A stretch of 59,659 nucleotides of DNA from Patescibacteria group bacterium. Lineage in GTDB: Bacteria > Patescibacteriota > Minisyncoccia > Phycocordibacterales > PALSA-1337. The DNA is taken from assembly GCA_024654575.1 (NCBI GenBank), contig JANLHG010000020.1, forward strand, positions 121,991 through 181,649, written 5' to 3'. Position 1 is the first letter of the stretch. Every line of letters begins with the position of its first letter. Made by a program: the position numbers and the translations under genes. Shown here piece by piece: positions 37,353 through 46,596 of the stretch. The notes under the pieces are model-generated. The model worked only from the letters and a program-made list of their open reading frames with translations, was not told where the DNA came from and searched no databases.

Positions 37353-38069
37353 TCAATTCTTAAGGTATTGTACTAGAAAATTTATGCTTCTGTCTATAAT
37401 TTCTTTCGATTGTTCGTATGTCCATTTGCTATGAGAATATCCCTCAAAATTTTCTACCTTATGATTTTGTTGCGCATTTTTGGAAATTGCATTTCGGTTT
37501 TGCTCATCAACATATTCATCAGCCGTACATTGGACAATGTACATCGGAGTTTTAATTAATGAAAGTTTATCTGCAACTTTTGCGTCATGAGCTTCCTGCC
37601 AAAAACGCGCTTGTACAATTTGTCCGCTTTCTTCAATTATTCCATTTTCAGGAGCAATAAATTTATCTACGTTTGGATCGGGAGACCAAGCAATTATTGC
37701 GGACAAATTTGGTAATTCGGAGCCGACAGCAATGACAGCCGCTCCGCCCATACTTTGACCAAAGAGGGCGACTTTATAACCTTGCTTAAGATAATTTTCA
37801 GAAATTGCTTTTGTGGTTTCCATCCAATCAAGGAAACTTGAGTCAAAAAAGTCGCCCTCGGAATTCCCACTTCCATATTGGTCAAAGCGCAAAGAAGATA
37901 TACCTTGCTTGGCTAACTGGCGAGCGACTGTCACAAAAAAACGATTTGGTCCGACACTTGTGCCACGATAACCATGACAGAAAATGACAATACTTTTACT
38001 ATCTGCGTCGTGAAAAGCAGTTACTACACGATGTCCGTTGAAATTTTGATCTTGTGTAAATTCTTTCAT
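37353..38069 (-). CDS. Alpha/beta hydrolase
   Basis: FCHGY oxyanion loop, GQSMGG nucleophile elbow, D and H downstream. Confidence 0.92.
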   Translation of the reverse strand: MKEFTQDQNFNGHRVVTAFHDADSKSIVIFCHGYRGTSVGPNRFFVTVARQLAKQGISSLRFDQYGSGNSEGDFFDSSFLDWMETTKAISENYLKQGYKVALFGQSMGGAAVIAVGSELPNLSAIIAWSPDPNVDKFIAPENGIIEESGQIVQARFWQEAHDAKVADKLSLIKTPMYIVQCTADEYVDEQNRNAISKNAQQNHKVENFEGYSHSKWTYEQSKEIIDRSINFLVQYLKN

Positions 38070-38347
38070 ATTATTTTTTCTTTCGGTTCAAATTGAATAA
38101 TCTGAAAACCGTATTTTTCAACTTCCTCCAGCGACCAAAAAGTTTGGCCTTTGGTTTTGAGAATGTAGGTGGCTACAACTTCAACTTTTCTTCCGGTATA
38201 TTCTTTCTTGTCCTTGTCCCATTCTTCCAAAACCAAAGTATCGCCCTCGTTCACTTCAAAATCAGCAAGGCGTAATTCTAGTTTTTTCTTGCCAGAAATT
38301 ATTTTCTCAAAATATTCTCGCCAAACTTTTTTGTTAATTGTTGTCAT
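38066..38347 (-). CDS. ASCH/DUF3850 (PUA-like) domain protein
   Basis: YFEKIISGKKKLELR..DFEVNEGDTLVLEEW...YTGR. Confidence 0.85.
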   Translation of the reverse strand: MTTINKKVWREYFEKIISGKKKLELRLADFEVNEGDTLVLEEWDKDKKEYTGRKVEVVATYILKTKGQTFWSLEEVEKYGFQIIQFEPKEKII

Positions 38348-38377
38348 AATTATTTTGATTGTTTGGTGGTCAGGAAT

Positions 38378-38403
38378 ATTTTTCTTGCCGTCGCAAGAAA
38401 AAT
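38378..38403. terminator. 11-bp hairpin downstream of tRNA-Ala
   Basis: ATTTTTCTTGC-CGTC-GCAAGAAAAAT. Confidence 0.4.
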
Positions 38404-38504
38404 TTCACGACCCTGGCTCACCATCACATCTGCTGATGCGATATGGCTCCGCCTTCCACAAAATCGAAAAAATTTGCCTCAAGGCATATTTGTTTCGTAT
38501 TTTG

Positions 38505-38577
38505 TGGACCCAAGCGGACTCGAACCGCTTGCCTCCTCATTGCAAATGAGGCGCTCTACCAGATGAGCTATGGGCCC
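38505..38577 (-). tRNA. tRNA-Ala(TGC), CCA not encoded
   Basis: GGGCCCA/TGGGTCC with G3:U70, CCTCA-TTTGCAA-TGAGG, GGTTCGAGTCC. Confidence 0.96.
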
Positions 38578-38672
38578 GTGTTATTCCAATTTTTAATTCT
38601 ATATCATTTTTTTATAATTGCAATCAAATAAAACCTTGCTTTAATAAAATAATTTTCCTATAATTTGATTTA

Positions 38673-39965
38673 ATGGGCAATAAAAAATTCCTTTTTGTAT
38701 CTAAAGATAGTTTAAGTGGCGATTTAGCGATAAAGTTATTAAGTGAGGGACATAGTGTCAAATTTTATTTTGAAGATAAATACAGTAAAGATGTTTACAA
38801 TGGTTTTGTAGAAAAAGTTGATAATTGGAAAAAATATATAAGTTGGGCAGATATGATAATTTTTGATGATGAAAACTTTGGAGGGTATGCAGATAAGTTA
38901 AGAAAAAACGGAAAACTAGTGGTCGGAGGAAGTAAATACACAGATAAATTAGAAATTGATAGAAAATTTGGACAAGCAGAATTAAAGAAGAATGGAATTG
39001 ATATAGTGCCAATTTGGAAATTTAATAATTGCAATATTGCGATTGATTTTATTAAGAAAAATCCCGGTAGATATGTATACAAACCAAGCGGAAACGGTCA
39101 ATCTGGAGACAAAAGACTTACTCTTATTTCCCAAAATGAAGATGGGTCTGACCTTTTAGAATTCCTGTTTCAAAACAAACGATTTTTAGAAAAGAAAAAT
39201 CACGGGTTTGTATTACAAAGGTTTATAGATGGAATTGAAATTGCTGTTGGTGCATTTTTTAATGGAACAGATTTTATATACCCAATAAATGTAAACTTTG
39301 AACATAAACATTTATTTCAAAAAGGTTTAGGTCCAATGACTGGAGAAATGGGAACACTTATGTTTTGGTCAAACACAAATAAAATCTTTCACTCAACATT
39401 AGCAAAAATGAAGTCGTCTTTAGAGAAATCTGGATATGTTGGATACATTGACTTGAATTGTATTGTAAATGAAGATGGTATTTTTCCTTTGGAATTCACT
39501 TCGAGATTCGGATATCCGACAATTCAAATTCAGTTGGCTGGGATTTTAGATCAAGCGGGAGATTGGCTATTTAAAATTGCTAAAGGAATTAAATTTAATT
39601 TATCTACAAAAAAAGGATTTCAAATTGGCGTGGTGGTAGCAACCCCACCACTTTTATCAGAAGGTGATGACATAAAAGTGGTAAAAACATTTAGGGACAT
39701 TGCTATTAATTTTAAAGATGGAACAAATTTTAAAAATATTCATATCGGCGATATTAAAAAAGATAAAAATAATGTCTGGCGAATAGCCGGAGCAAGCGGT
39801 TGGTGTTTAGTTGTTACTGGGACAGGACAAACAGTATCAAGAGCCAGAGAAAAAGCTTACAAAGAGATTAAAAATATAAGTGTTTCAAATATGTTTTATC
39901 GAGGTGATATTGGGTCAAGGTGGTCAAGAGAAAGTAAAAAATTAAGATCTTGGGATTATATTTAA
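38673..39965 (+). CDS. PurD-like ATP-grasp amide ligase (divergent)
   Basis: KLEIDRKFG, YKPSG, MTGEMG, LEFTSRFGYP; lacks the canonical GSGGREHAL start. Confidence 0.75.
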   Translation: MGNKKFLFVSKDSLSGDLAIKLLSEGHSVKFYFEDKYSKDVYNGFVEKVDNWKKYISWADMIIFDDENFGGYADKLRKNGKLVVGGSKYTDKLEIDRKFGQAELKKNGIDIVPIWKFNNCNIAIDFIKKNPGRYVYKPSGNGQSGDKRLTLISQNEDGSDLLEFLFQNKRFLEKKNHGFVLQRFIDGIEIAVGAFFNGTDFIYPINVNFEHKHLFQKGLGPMTGEMGTLMFWSNTNKIFHSTLAKMKSSLEKSGYVGYIDLNCIVNEDGIFPLEFTSRFGYPTIQIQLAGILDQAGDWLFKIAKGIKFNLSTKKGFQIGVVVATPPLLSEGDDIKVVKTFRDIAINFKDGTNFKNIHIGDIKKDKNNVWRIAGASGWCLVVTGTGQTVSRAREKAYKEIKNISVSNMFYRGDIGSRWSRESKKLRSWDYI

Positions 39966-39975
39966 TAAAATTATT

Positions 39976-41400
39976 ATGAAAAAAATAGATAAAATAATTA
40001 TCACATTACTTATTTTTTCATTTTTAATTAGAATTGCTTTTATTCTTTATTCGCCATTAAGAGGTTGGGACGAGACAGTTTATCTAAACTTAGGACATGA
40101 ATTAAGTGCCAATCCGTTGGTTTACTCTCTTTTAAATAGCGCTTGGAATGATTTTATACCTTCTACGGATGTTGTTTATGGCTGGCCGAATATAGGATTC
40201 AGAGCTCCATTATTACCTTATATTATTTCAATTTTTTATGCATTAAAATTAAGTTTTTTAATTAAGCTGATTGTTCCATTTTTCTCGACATTAAGTGTGT
40301 TTTTAATTTATATTTTGGGTAAGAGATTATTTAGCAAAGAAGTGGGGTTATACTCCGCAATTTTGTTTGCTTTGATACCGATACATGTACTCTATAGCGG
40401 AAAAGTTTTAACTGATGCTTTTGTCGTATTTTTCATATTATTAACCTTTATCAGTTTTTGGCGAGGATATGAAGAAGAAAATAAAATACACAAAATTTTA
40501 TTTGGATTATTTTTAGCTTTATCATTACTAGCTCGCTATACGACATTATGGATAACTCCCGTTTTTCTTTTATATTTTCTCATTAGAGATAGGTCACTAA
40601 AATTTTTAAAAGATAAATATTTATGGTATGCGATAGGAGTTTTCTTTTTAACTTTAACGCCTTGGTTTATATACAGCTTTGTATATTACAACAATCCGAT
40701 AGGAGTATTTATTCATGGTTTTAAATCAGCTGGTTATTGGGGTGGAGTACAATCATGGAGTTTCTTCATTGAAAACTCTTGGTATATTTTCTCAATAACG
40801 GGAATATTATTTGTATTTTCTTTATTATACATTTTATTCAAAAAAGAATTTATTAAAAGAGAAATTTACTTACTTTTAATTTGGGTTACATTATTTTCAG
40901 TGATAGCTATGGCTATGCCACACAAAGAAGATAGATTTATACTCCCGGCTATCCCTGTAATCTGTTTAATTTCTGGATTTTTTATATCCAACATAAAAAA
41001 ATATAGAAATATTATTTTTGGACTAGTATGTATAGTTTTAATAGTTTCGTTACTTAACTTGTTCAAAATGGAATATAAATATTCTCAAGCAGGGGAAAAT
41101 TTGTGTTTCTCTGAAGGAAATAAGTTTTTGACTAGTGATTTTATAGAAAAAAATGCACTAGTCGTCACAAATCAACTACCGATAGTGCATTATTATACTC
41201 AAAAAGAAGTTACTCTTTATCCAGAACCATGGAATACAAAAATATTTAACAACGACAGAGCAATTTATATTTTCTTTGCTAATTATGATATGACAGACAA
41301 TAAAATCAAAAAAGATTTAGATGATAATTTCAAAAAAGTTTTTGAATGTTCTAACGGTTGGGGCTCTTCCGCGATTTATATTTTACCTCCTCAACGCTAA
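39976..41400 (+). CDS. GT-C polytopic glycosyltransferase (ArnT/PMT/GT39-like)
   Basis: WDETVY acidic loop, RAPLLPY, about 11 hydrophobic segments, KEDRFILP. Confidence 0.85.
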   Translation: MKKIDKIIITLLIFSFLIRIAFILYSPLRGWDETVYLNLGHELSANPLVYSLLNSAWNDFIPSTDVVYGWPNIGFRAPLLPYIISIFYALKLSFLIKLIVPFFSTLSVFLIYILGKRLFSKEVGLYSAILFALIPIHVLYSGKVLTDAFVVFFILLTFISFWRGYEEENKIHKILFGLFLALSLLARYTTLWITPVFLLYFLIRDRSLKFLKDKYLWYAIGVFFLTLTPWFIYSFVYYNNPIGVFIHGFKSAGYWGGVQSWSFFIENSWYIFSITGILFVFSLLYILFKKEFIKREIYLLLIWVTLFSVIAMAMPHKEDRFILPAIPVICLISGFFISNIKKYRNIIFGLVCIVLIVSLLNLFKMEYKYSQAGENLCFSEGNKFLTSDFIEKNALVVTNQLPIVHYYTQKEVTLYPEPWNTKIFNNDRAIYIFFANYDMTDNKIKKDLDDNFKKVFECSNGWGSSAIYILPPQR

Positions 41401-42276
41401 TTTAATAATATGATCCAAAAAATCAGAAAGTGAACAACCTATTGCAGTCAGAGATTTTGGCAAAAGTGATTCTTCTGTCAATTCCGGTAGGGTGTTAACT
41501 TCAAGCATATAAACACCTCGTCGTGGATGAACAATAAAATCAGAACGGGAATAATGTCTAAGATTTAATATTTTATGAGCTAGTACAGACATCTCTTGAA
41601 TTATTTTTTTCTCCTCTTGAGAAAAATTACCGGGACAAATATGTGAATTATCGGAACAAATTTCAACAGGTATAAGGGGGTATATTTCATGTCCTCTAAA
41701 ATCATCAATCACTCCACAAGTTGCTTCCTTACCTTGAATATATTCCTCAATTAAAACCTTATCGCCATATTGATAAGCTTTTCGTAGACCATTCTCAAGC
41801 TCTTCTAAATTACGAACAATGCTCACTCCCACAGACGAGCCAGATGAGATGGGTTTAATGACTGCAGGCAAAGGAAATGATTTAAAAATTTTAACAGCTT
41901 GTTCTTCGATTGAGCCCGGTATATCAGCAAGCTCATGATAAGGCGATTTAATGCCGTGTGTTTTGAAAATCTTTTTTGAGGAAATTTTATTCATTCCTAA
42001 TGCAGAACCTAACGAATCCGAACCAGTATATGGTATTCCAAATGTTTCCAAAATATTCTGTACTGTTCCATATTCTTCGTATTGACCGTGCAAAGCAACA
42101 ACCACAGCATCAACATGTTTTAAAATATCTATAGGAAGTACAGGTGTACCATTATGATGCCACACTCCTTTTTTATCAATGAGAATATCTACTGCGTGAT
42201 AATTTTGTGAAAGATTTTGTAAGATAGATTGACCAGATGGCCCACCTCTTAAAACTGCAATTCTAATTTTACCCAT
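41383..42276 (-). CDS. ddl: D-Ala-D-Ala ligase homolog, degenerate (start at MGKIR)
   Basis: GIPYTGS, MNK, VIKP..GSSVG, EEYI.GKE, RSDF, EVNTLP; substrate loops missing. Confidence 0.8.
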   Translation of the reverse strand: MGKIRIAVLRGGPSGQSILQNLSQNYHAVDILIDKKGVWHHNGTPVLPIDILKHVDAVVVALHGQYEEYGTVQNILETFGIPYTGSDSLGSALGMNKISSKKIFKTHGIKSPYHELADIPGSIEEQAVKIFKSFPLPAVIKPISSGSSVGVSIVRNLEELENGLRKAYQYGDKVLIEEYIQGKEATCGVIDDFRGHEIYPLIPVEICSDNSHICPGNFSQEEKKIIQEMSVLAHKILNLRHYSRSDFIVHPRRGVYMLEVNTLPELTEESLLPKSLTAIGCSLSDFLDHIIKLALRR

Positions 42277-42297
42277 TAAATAATTATAACACAAAAA

Positions 42298-43263
42298 TTA
42301 TCGTAAAATTTTCACTAGAGAATCTTTAAATTCCTTCACTGACTCGTCATCAAGTATAGAAACCGTATAAATTTCTTTGTTTAGTTTTTTTAATTTCTTA
42401 ACAACATCTTTTAATACTTTTGGAGAAACAAGGTCTGTTTTTGTTAAAAGTATAATTTCTTTTTTTTCTGGCAAAGTTTCGCCATAATCAACAAGTTCTT
42501 TTCTAATAGTCTTATATGCACTAACAACATCATCATTTTCTAAAGAAATACAATGAATAAGCATCTTTGTCCTTTTTATGTGACGTAAAAAAGCATGTCC
42601 AAGACCTTTACCTTCTGAAGCTCCTTCTATCAGTCCCGGAATATCAGCGATAATAAAACCATAGAACTCTCCTAGATTCGGTTCAAGAGTTGTGAATTTA
42701 TAATCCCCAACTTTTGCTTTAGCGTGAGATAAAGCATTCAATACGCTAGATTTACCTGCGTTTGGGAAACCAATAAGTCCAGCGTCAGCAACTAATTCAA
42801 GTTCAACAAAAAAATCGGCCTCTTCTCCCGGTAAACCAGGAGTGGCTCTATCTGGACGAATGTTCGTAGAACTTTTAAACTCTTCATTTCCCGTTCCTCC
42901 ACGACCACCTTTTAATATTTTTATTAATTGTCCATCTTCAAGTAAATTTATCTTTTTTTCAGTTTTTTTATTAGTAACAACAGAACCAATCGGAAGTTCA
43001 ATAATTAAATCTTCCCCATCCTTACCATCTCTACTATTTTTTTCACCGTCAAATCCTTTTTTTGCTGTAAATTCTTTAACATTACGATAACGAGTCAGAA
43101 TATTTAAATCACGCAAGGCCTTTACATAAACATCGCCACCTTTTCCACCATCACCACCAGAAGGTCCAGCAAAATCTCTACCTTTTTCATGAAGCCAACG
43201 AACAACGCCGTTTCCACCGTCGCCCGCTTTGATATGAAGTTGTATTTCGTCAATAAATGCCAT
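42298..43263 (-). CDS. obgE: GTPase Obg
   Basis: Gly-rich Obg fold, GFPNAGKS, FTTLEPNLG, DIPGLIEGA, TKTD. Confidence 0.97.
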   Translation of the reverse strand: MAFIDEIQLHIKAGDGGNGVVRWLHEKGRDFAGPSGGDGGKGGDVYVKALRDLNILTRYRNVKEFTAKKGFDGEKNSRDGKDGEDLIIELPIGSVVTNKKTEKKINLLEDGQLIKILKGGRGGTGNEEFKSSTNIRPDRATPGLPGEEADFFVELELVADAGLIGFPNAGKSSVLNALSHAKAKVGDYKFTTLEPNLGEFYGFIIADIPGLIEGASEGKGLGHAFLRHIKRTKMLIHCISLENDDVVSAYKTIRKELVDYGETLPEKKEIILLTKTDLVSPKVLKDVVKKLKKLNKEIYTVSILDDESVKEFKDSLVKILR

Positions 43264-43272
43264 TGTTTTATA

Positions 43273-44142
43273 CTACGCATTTAGAGCTAACTCCGCAAGC
43301 TTTAATGCACCCTCTTTTGATTTAGCAACCACCAAAAATCTTTTATTATGACAAAAAATTGCATCAGCTACTCCTGTTATTTTCGCCAATTCTTCATCTC
43401 TTTTGCCTGCCCATTCAGATGGAAATGATTTTCTAGCTTCAAATTTTTGCGGATCTTTTCTAATTATCTTAAGATTCCAGAGAGAATCTTTTAGATAAAG
43501 CATATATAGAACTTCGGGATATTTTTGCATAATTTCATTTACAGTAAACTCGTTATATGAGTTATCAAAGATAACTACTCTTTTATCGGAAGCATTTCTA
43601 TAAGCTTCTTCAATAAGCTTTTGATTTTCTATATCTTTTTTTAGTGAATTAATTTCACGAGCCAATACGCCTTTTGCAAAAATCACTGCTTCCGCAAATA
43701 ATTCATTGTCAAAAGCAGAAATCGCATTGCCAATAGTGTACGGACAAATATTTTTAGATGTTGAAGTTATAATTTCAATTCCATTATCATGAGCATCCAG
43801 CGGTTGCACAAGTTTCTTATCTACAGCATCAGCGACATCTTGAGAATCACATAGTTGCACACCGACTTTTTTCCAAACTAAACCAAAAGAGGCATAAGGA
43901 ATTCCGTTTTCTCTTTCTCCAGCACCCCCTTCTTGATGATGGTCAAATTTATTTTGAGCCGAATTATTTTCTCCACCAACATCAAGAACATAATCTCCTT
44001 TTTCCCAAATTTTTTGGTCGCGACTACGCAAAACTTCTGTTTTTAAACCTTCTTTAGCACACAACAATTCCAAAGTCGCTACCCCAAAAACATCATCTGA
44101 ATGAAAACTACCACTATGAGTTACAATAATTACCTTTTTCAT
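43273..44142 (-). CDS. MYG1-family exonuclease
   Basis: THSGSFHSDD, DVGG, FDHHQ, FCHNKRF. Confidence 0.93.
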   Translation of the reverse strand: MKKVIIVTHSGSFHSDDVFGVATLELLCAKEGLKTEVLRSRDQKIWEKGDYVLDVGGENNSAQNKFDHHQEGGAGERENGIPYASFGLVWKKVGVQLCDSQDVADAVDKKLVQPLDAHDNGIEIITSTSKNICPYTIGNAISAFDNELFAEAVIFAKGVLAREINSLKKDIENQKLIEEAYRNASDKRVVIFDNSYNEFTVNEIMQKYPEVLYMLYLKDSLWNLKIIRKDPQKFEARKSFPSEWAGKRDEELAKITGVADAIFCHNKRFLVVAKSKEGALKLAELALNA

Positions 44143-44143
44143 A

Positions 44144-46579
44144 TTATGAATTTAGACCATGACACTTTTTAAACTTTTTACCGGAACCACAAGGGCAGGG
44201 GTCATTGCGACCAACATTCTCATTTTCAAATTCTTTTTGCTCTATATGAACTTCTTTAAACTCTACATTTTGAGGAGACGTCACTTGCCCACCAATGTTA
44301 GGTAAAGAACCAATAACCTGACGATTTATTGCCTCATGCATTTCTTTAAACAATCGTAAACCTTCTCTTTTATACTCCACAAGAGGGTCACGCTGACCGT
44401 AAGCGCGTAGATTCACACTTGACCGAGTGTATTCCATAATTTCCAAATGTTCCACCCAATACATATCTATAGTTTGAAGTAAAAGTTGTTTTAAAAATTC
44501 ATAAAATTGTGATTCGCCAAGTTGAGTTTTCTTTTCTTCTATGATTTTATTTAATTCTGCATTATCACCAATTATTTCTCTAAGTTTTAAATCAACATCC
44601 TCTTGATTTCCAAGCAATACTTTTCGCCTTCTTTCATAAACAGTTTTTCGTTGATGGTTAAGAACATCATCATATTCAAGAATATGTTTTCTAGAATCAA
44701 AATTAAATCCTTCAATTTTTGTTTGTGCTGTTTCAAGTGAACGAGTAATAAGAGAATTTTGAATTGGTTCATCTTCTGGAATACCAAATCTTCCCATCAT
44801 TTTTTTAATGGTATCAGACGCAAAAATTCTCATAAGTGAATCCTCAAGTGAAACAAAAAACTGCGTTTCTCCGGGATCACCCTGTCTTCCAGATCGTCCA
44901 CGAAGTTGATTATCAATTCTTCTTGCTTCATGTCTTTCCGTTCCTAAAACAAATAATCCGCCTGCATTTTTAACTTTTTCTCTATCTTCATCTGAAGCTG
45001 GATTTCCTCCTAATTTTATATCAACTCCTCGTCCCGCCATGTTTGTAGCAATAGTTACAGCACCAGGTCGTCCAGCTTGTGCGATTATTTCTCCTTCACG
45101 TTCATGATTTTTGGCGTTAAGTAATTCATGAGGTACACCTTCTGTTTTTAAATACGCCGAAAGTACCTCATTCTTCTCAATTGAAACAGTTCCTACCAAC
45201 ACTGGTTGATTTTTATCATGAAGCTCTTTAATTTTTTTAGACACCGCTTTAAGTTTTCCAGCTTCTGTTTGAAAAATTAAATCATGGTCATCTTTTCTTT
45301 TGATAGATTGATTAGTTGGAATAGCTGTAGTATCCAGACCATATACCTTATAAAATTCTTCACTTGAAGTCACTGCTGTACCAGTCATTCCCGCTAATTT
45401 TTTGTAAAGTCGAAAATAATTTTGAAAAGTAATGGAAGCAAACGTTCTTGTTTCTTTTTGCACCAAAACTCCCTCTCTAGCTTCTATAGCTTGATGTAAA
45501 CCATCAGACCATCGTCGGCCAGGCTGAAGACGCCCTGTAAACTCATCAACTATGATAATTTGATTATCACGAACTACATACTCTTTATCTTTACTAAAAA
45601 GAGCTTTAGCACGAATAGCTGTTTCAAGATGATGAACATATTTGATACCTTTTTCCGTATAAATATTTTCAACACCTAAAATTTTTTCCGCTTTATTAAT
45701 ACCAGAATCTTTTAAAGTAATAGCTTTGAGTTTTTCATCAACCTCATAATCTTCATCTTTTTTTAGTTGCTCAGAAATTTTAGCAAATGTTTGATAAAGA
45801 TTTTCCGAATCAGCTGTAGGTGCAGAAATAATAAGTGGAGTTCTGGCTTCATCAATTAAAATAGAATCTATTTCATCTACTATTGCAAAATGATAATCTC
45901 TTTGTCTCAATGTTTGAGGTGAATATTCTAGATTATCTCGAAGATAATCAAAACCATATTCATTATTAGTACCATAAGTTATATCTGCTAAATATGCTTC
46001 TCGTCTAGTACATGGTCGAAGAAACTCATGAACAACTTTAAAAGAACCTAACTGATCTCTTTCTTTATCTTTATCAGTATGTTTTGGATCATAAATAAAA
46101 GAAGCTTCATGATTAAGTATACCTACAGACAATCCTAAAAAAGAATAAATTTGTCCCATCCAAACCGCATCACGACGAGATAGATAATCATTTACAGTAA
46201 TAATATGAACTCCTTTTCCAGATAATGCGTTAAGATATGCAGGTAAAACCGCTACCTGAGTTTTTCCTTCACCAGTACGCATTTCGGCAATATTTCCTTT
46301 ATGTAAAATAATGCCACCTATAAGTTGAACATCAAAATGACGTTGACCCAAAGTGCGTTGTGTTACTTCTCGTGCCACTGCAAAGACTTCTGGTAAAACT
46401 TCTTCTAGAGATGCCCCATTAGTTATTTTTTCCTTAAACTCTATAGTTTTATTTTTTAATTGCTCATCAGAGAGTTTTGAAATATGCGTTTCAAAATTGT
46501 TGATTTTTTCAACAACTGGATAGTACTTTTTAAGCTTCTTTTCATTACCGTCTCCAAATATTTTACTCAAAAATGACAT
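44144..46579 (-). CDS. secA: Preprotein translocase SecA
   Basis: MRTGEGKT, DEIDSILIDEART, NMAGRGVDI, GRSGRQGDPG, SEC-C motif. Confidence 0.99.
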   Translation of the reverse strand: MSFLSKIFGDGNEKKLKKYYPVVEKINNFETHISKLSDEQLKNKTIEFKEKITNGASLEEVLPEVFAVAREVTQRTLGQRHFDVQLIGGIILHKGNIAEMRTGEGKTQVAVLPAYLNALSGKGVHIITVNDYLSRRDAVWMGQIYSFLGLSVGILNHEASFIYDPKHTDKDKERDQLGSFKVVHEFLRPCTRREAYLADITYGTNNEYGFDYLRDNLEYSPQTLRQRDYHFAIVDEIDSILIDEARTPLIISAPTADSENLYQTFAKISEQLKKDEDYEVDEKLKAITLKDSGINKAEKILGVENIYTEKGIKYVHHLETAIRAKALFSKDKEYVVRDNQIIIVDEFTGRLQPGRRWSDGLHQAIEAREGVLVQKETRTFASITFQNYFRLYKKLAGMTGTAVTSSEEFYKVYGLDTTAIPTNQSIKRKDDHDLIFQTEAGKLKAVSKKIKELHDKNQPVLVGTVSIEKNEVLSAYLKTEGVPHELLNAKNHEREGEIIAQAGRPGAVTIATNMAGRGVDIKLGGNPASDEDREKVKNAGGLFVLGTERHEARRIDNQLRGRSGRQGDPGETQFFVSLEDSLMRIFASDTIKKMMGRFGIPEDEPIQNSLITRSLETAQTKIEGFNFDSRKHILEYDDVLNHQRKTVYERRRKVLLGNQEDVDLKLREIIGDNAELNKIIEEKKTQLGESQFYEFLKQLLLQTIDMYWVEHLEIMEYTRSSVNLRAYGQRDPLVEYKREGLRLFKEMHEAINRQVIGSLPNIGGQVTSPQNVEFKEVHIEQKEFENENVGRNDPCPCGSGKKFKKCHGLNS

Positions 46580-46596
46580 ATGAGTACTATATCATT

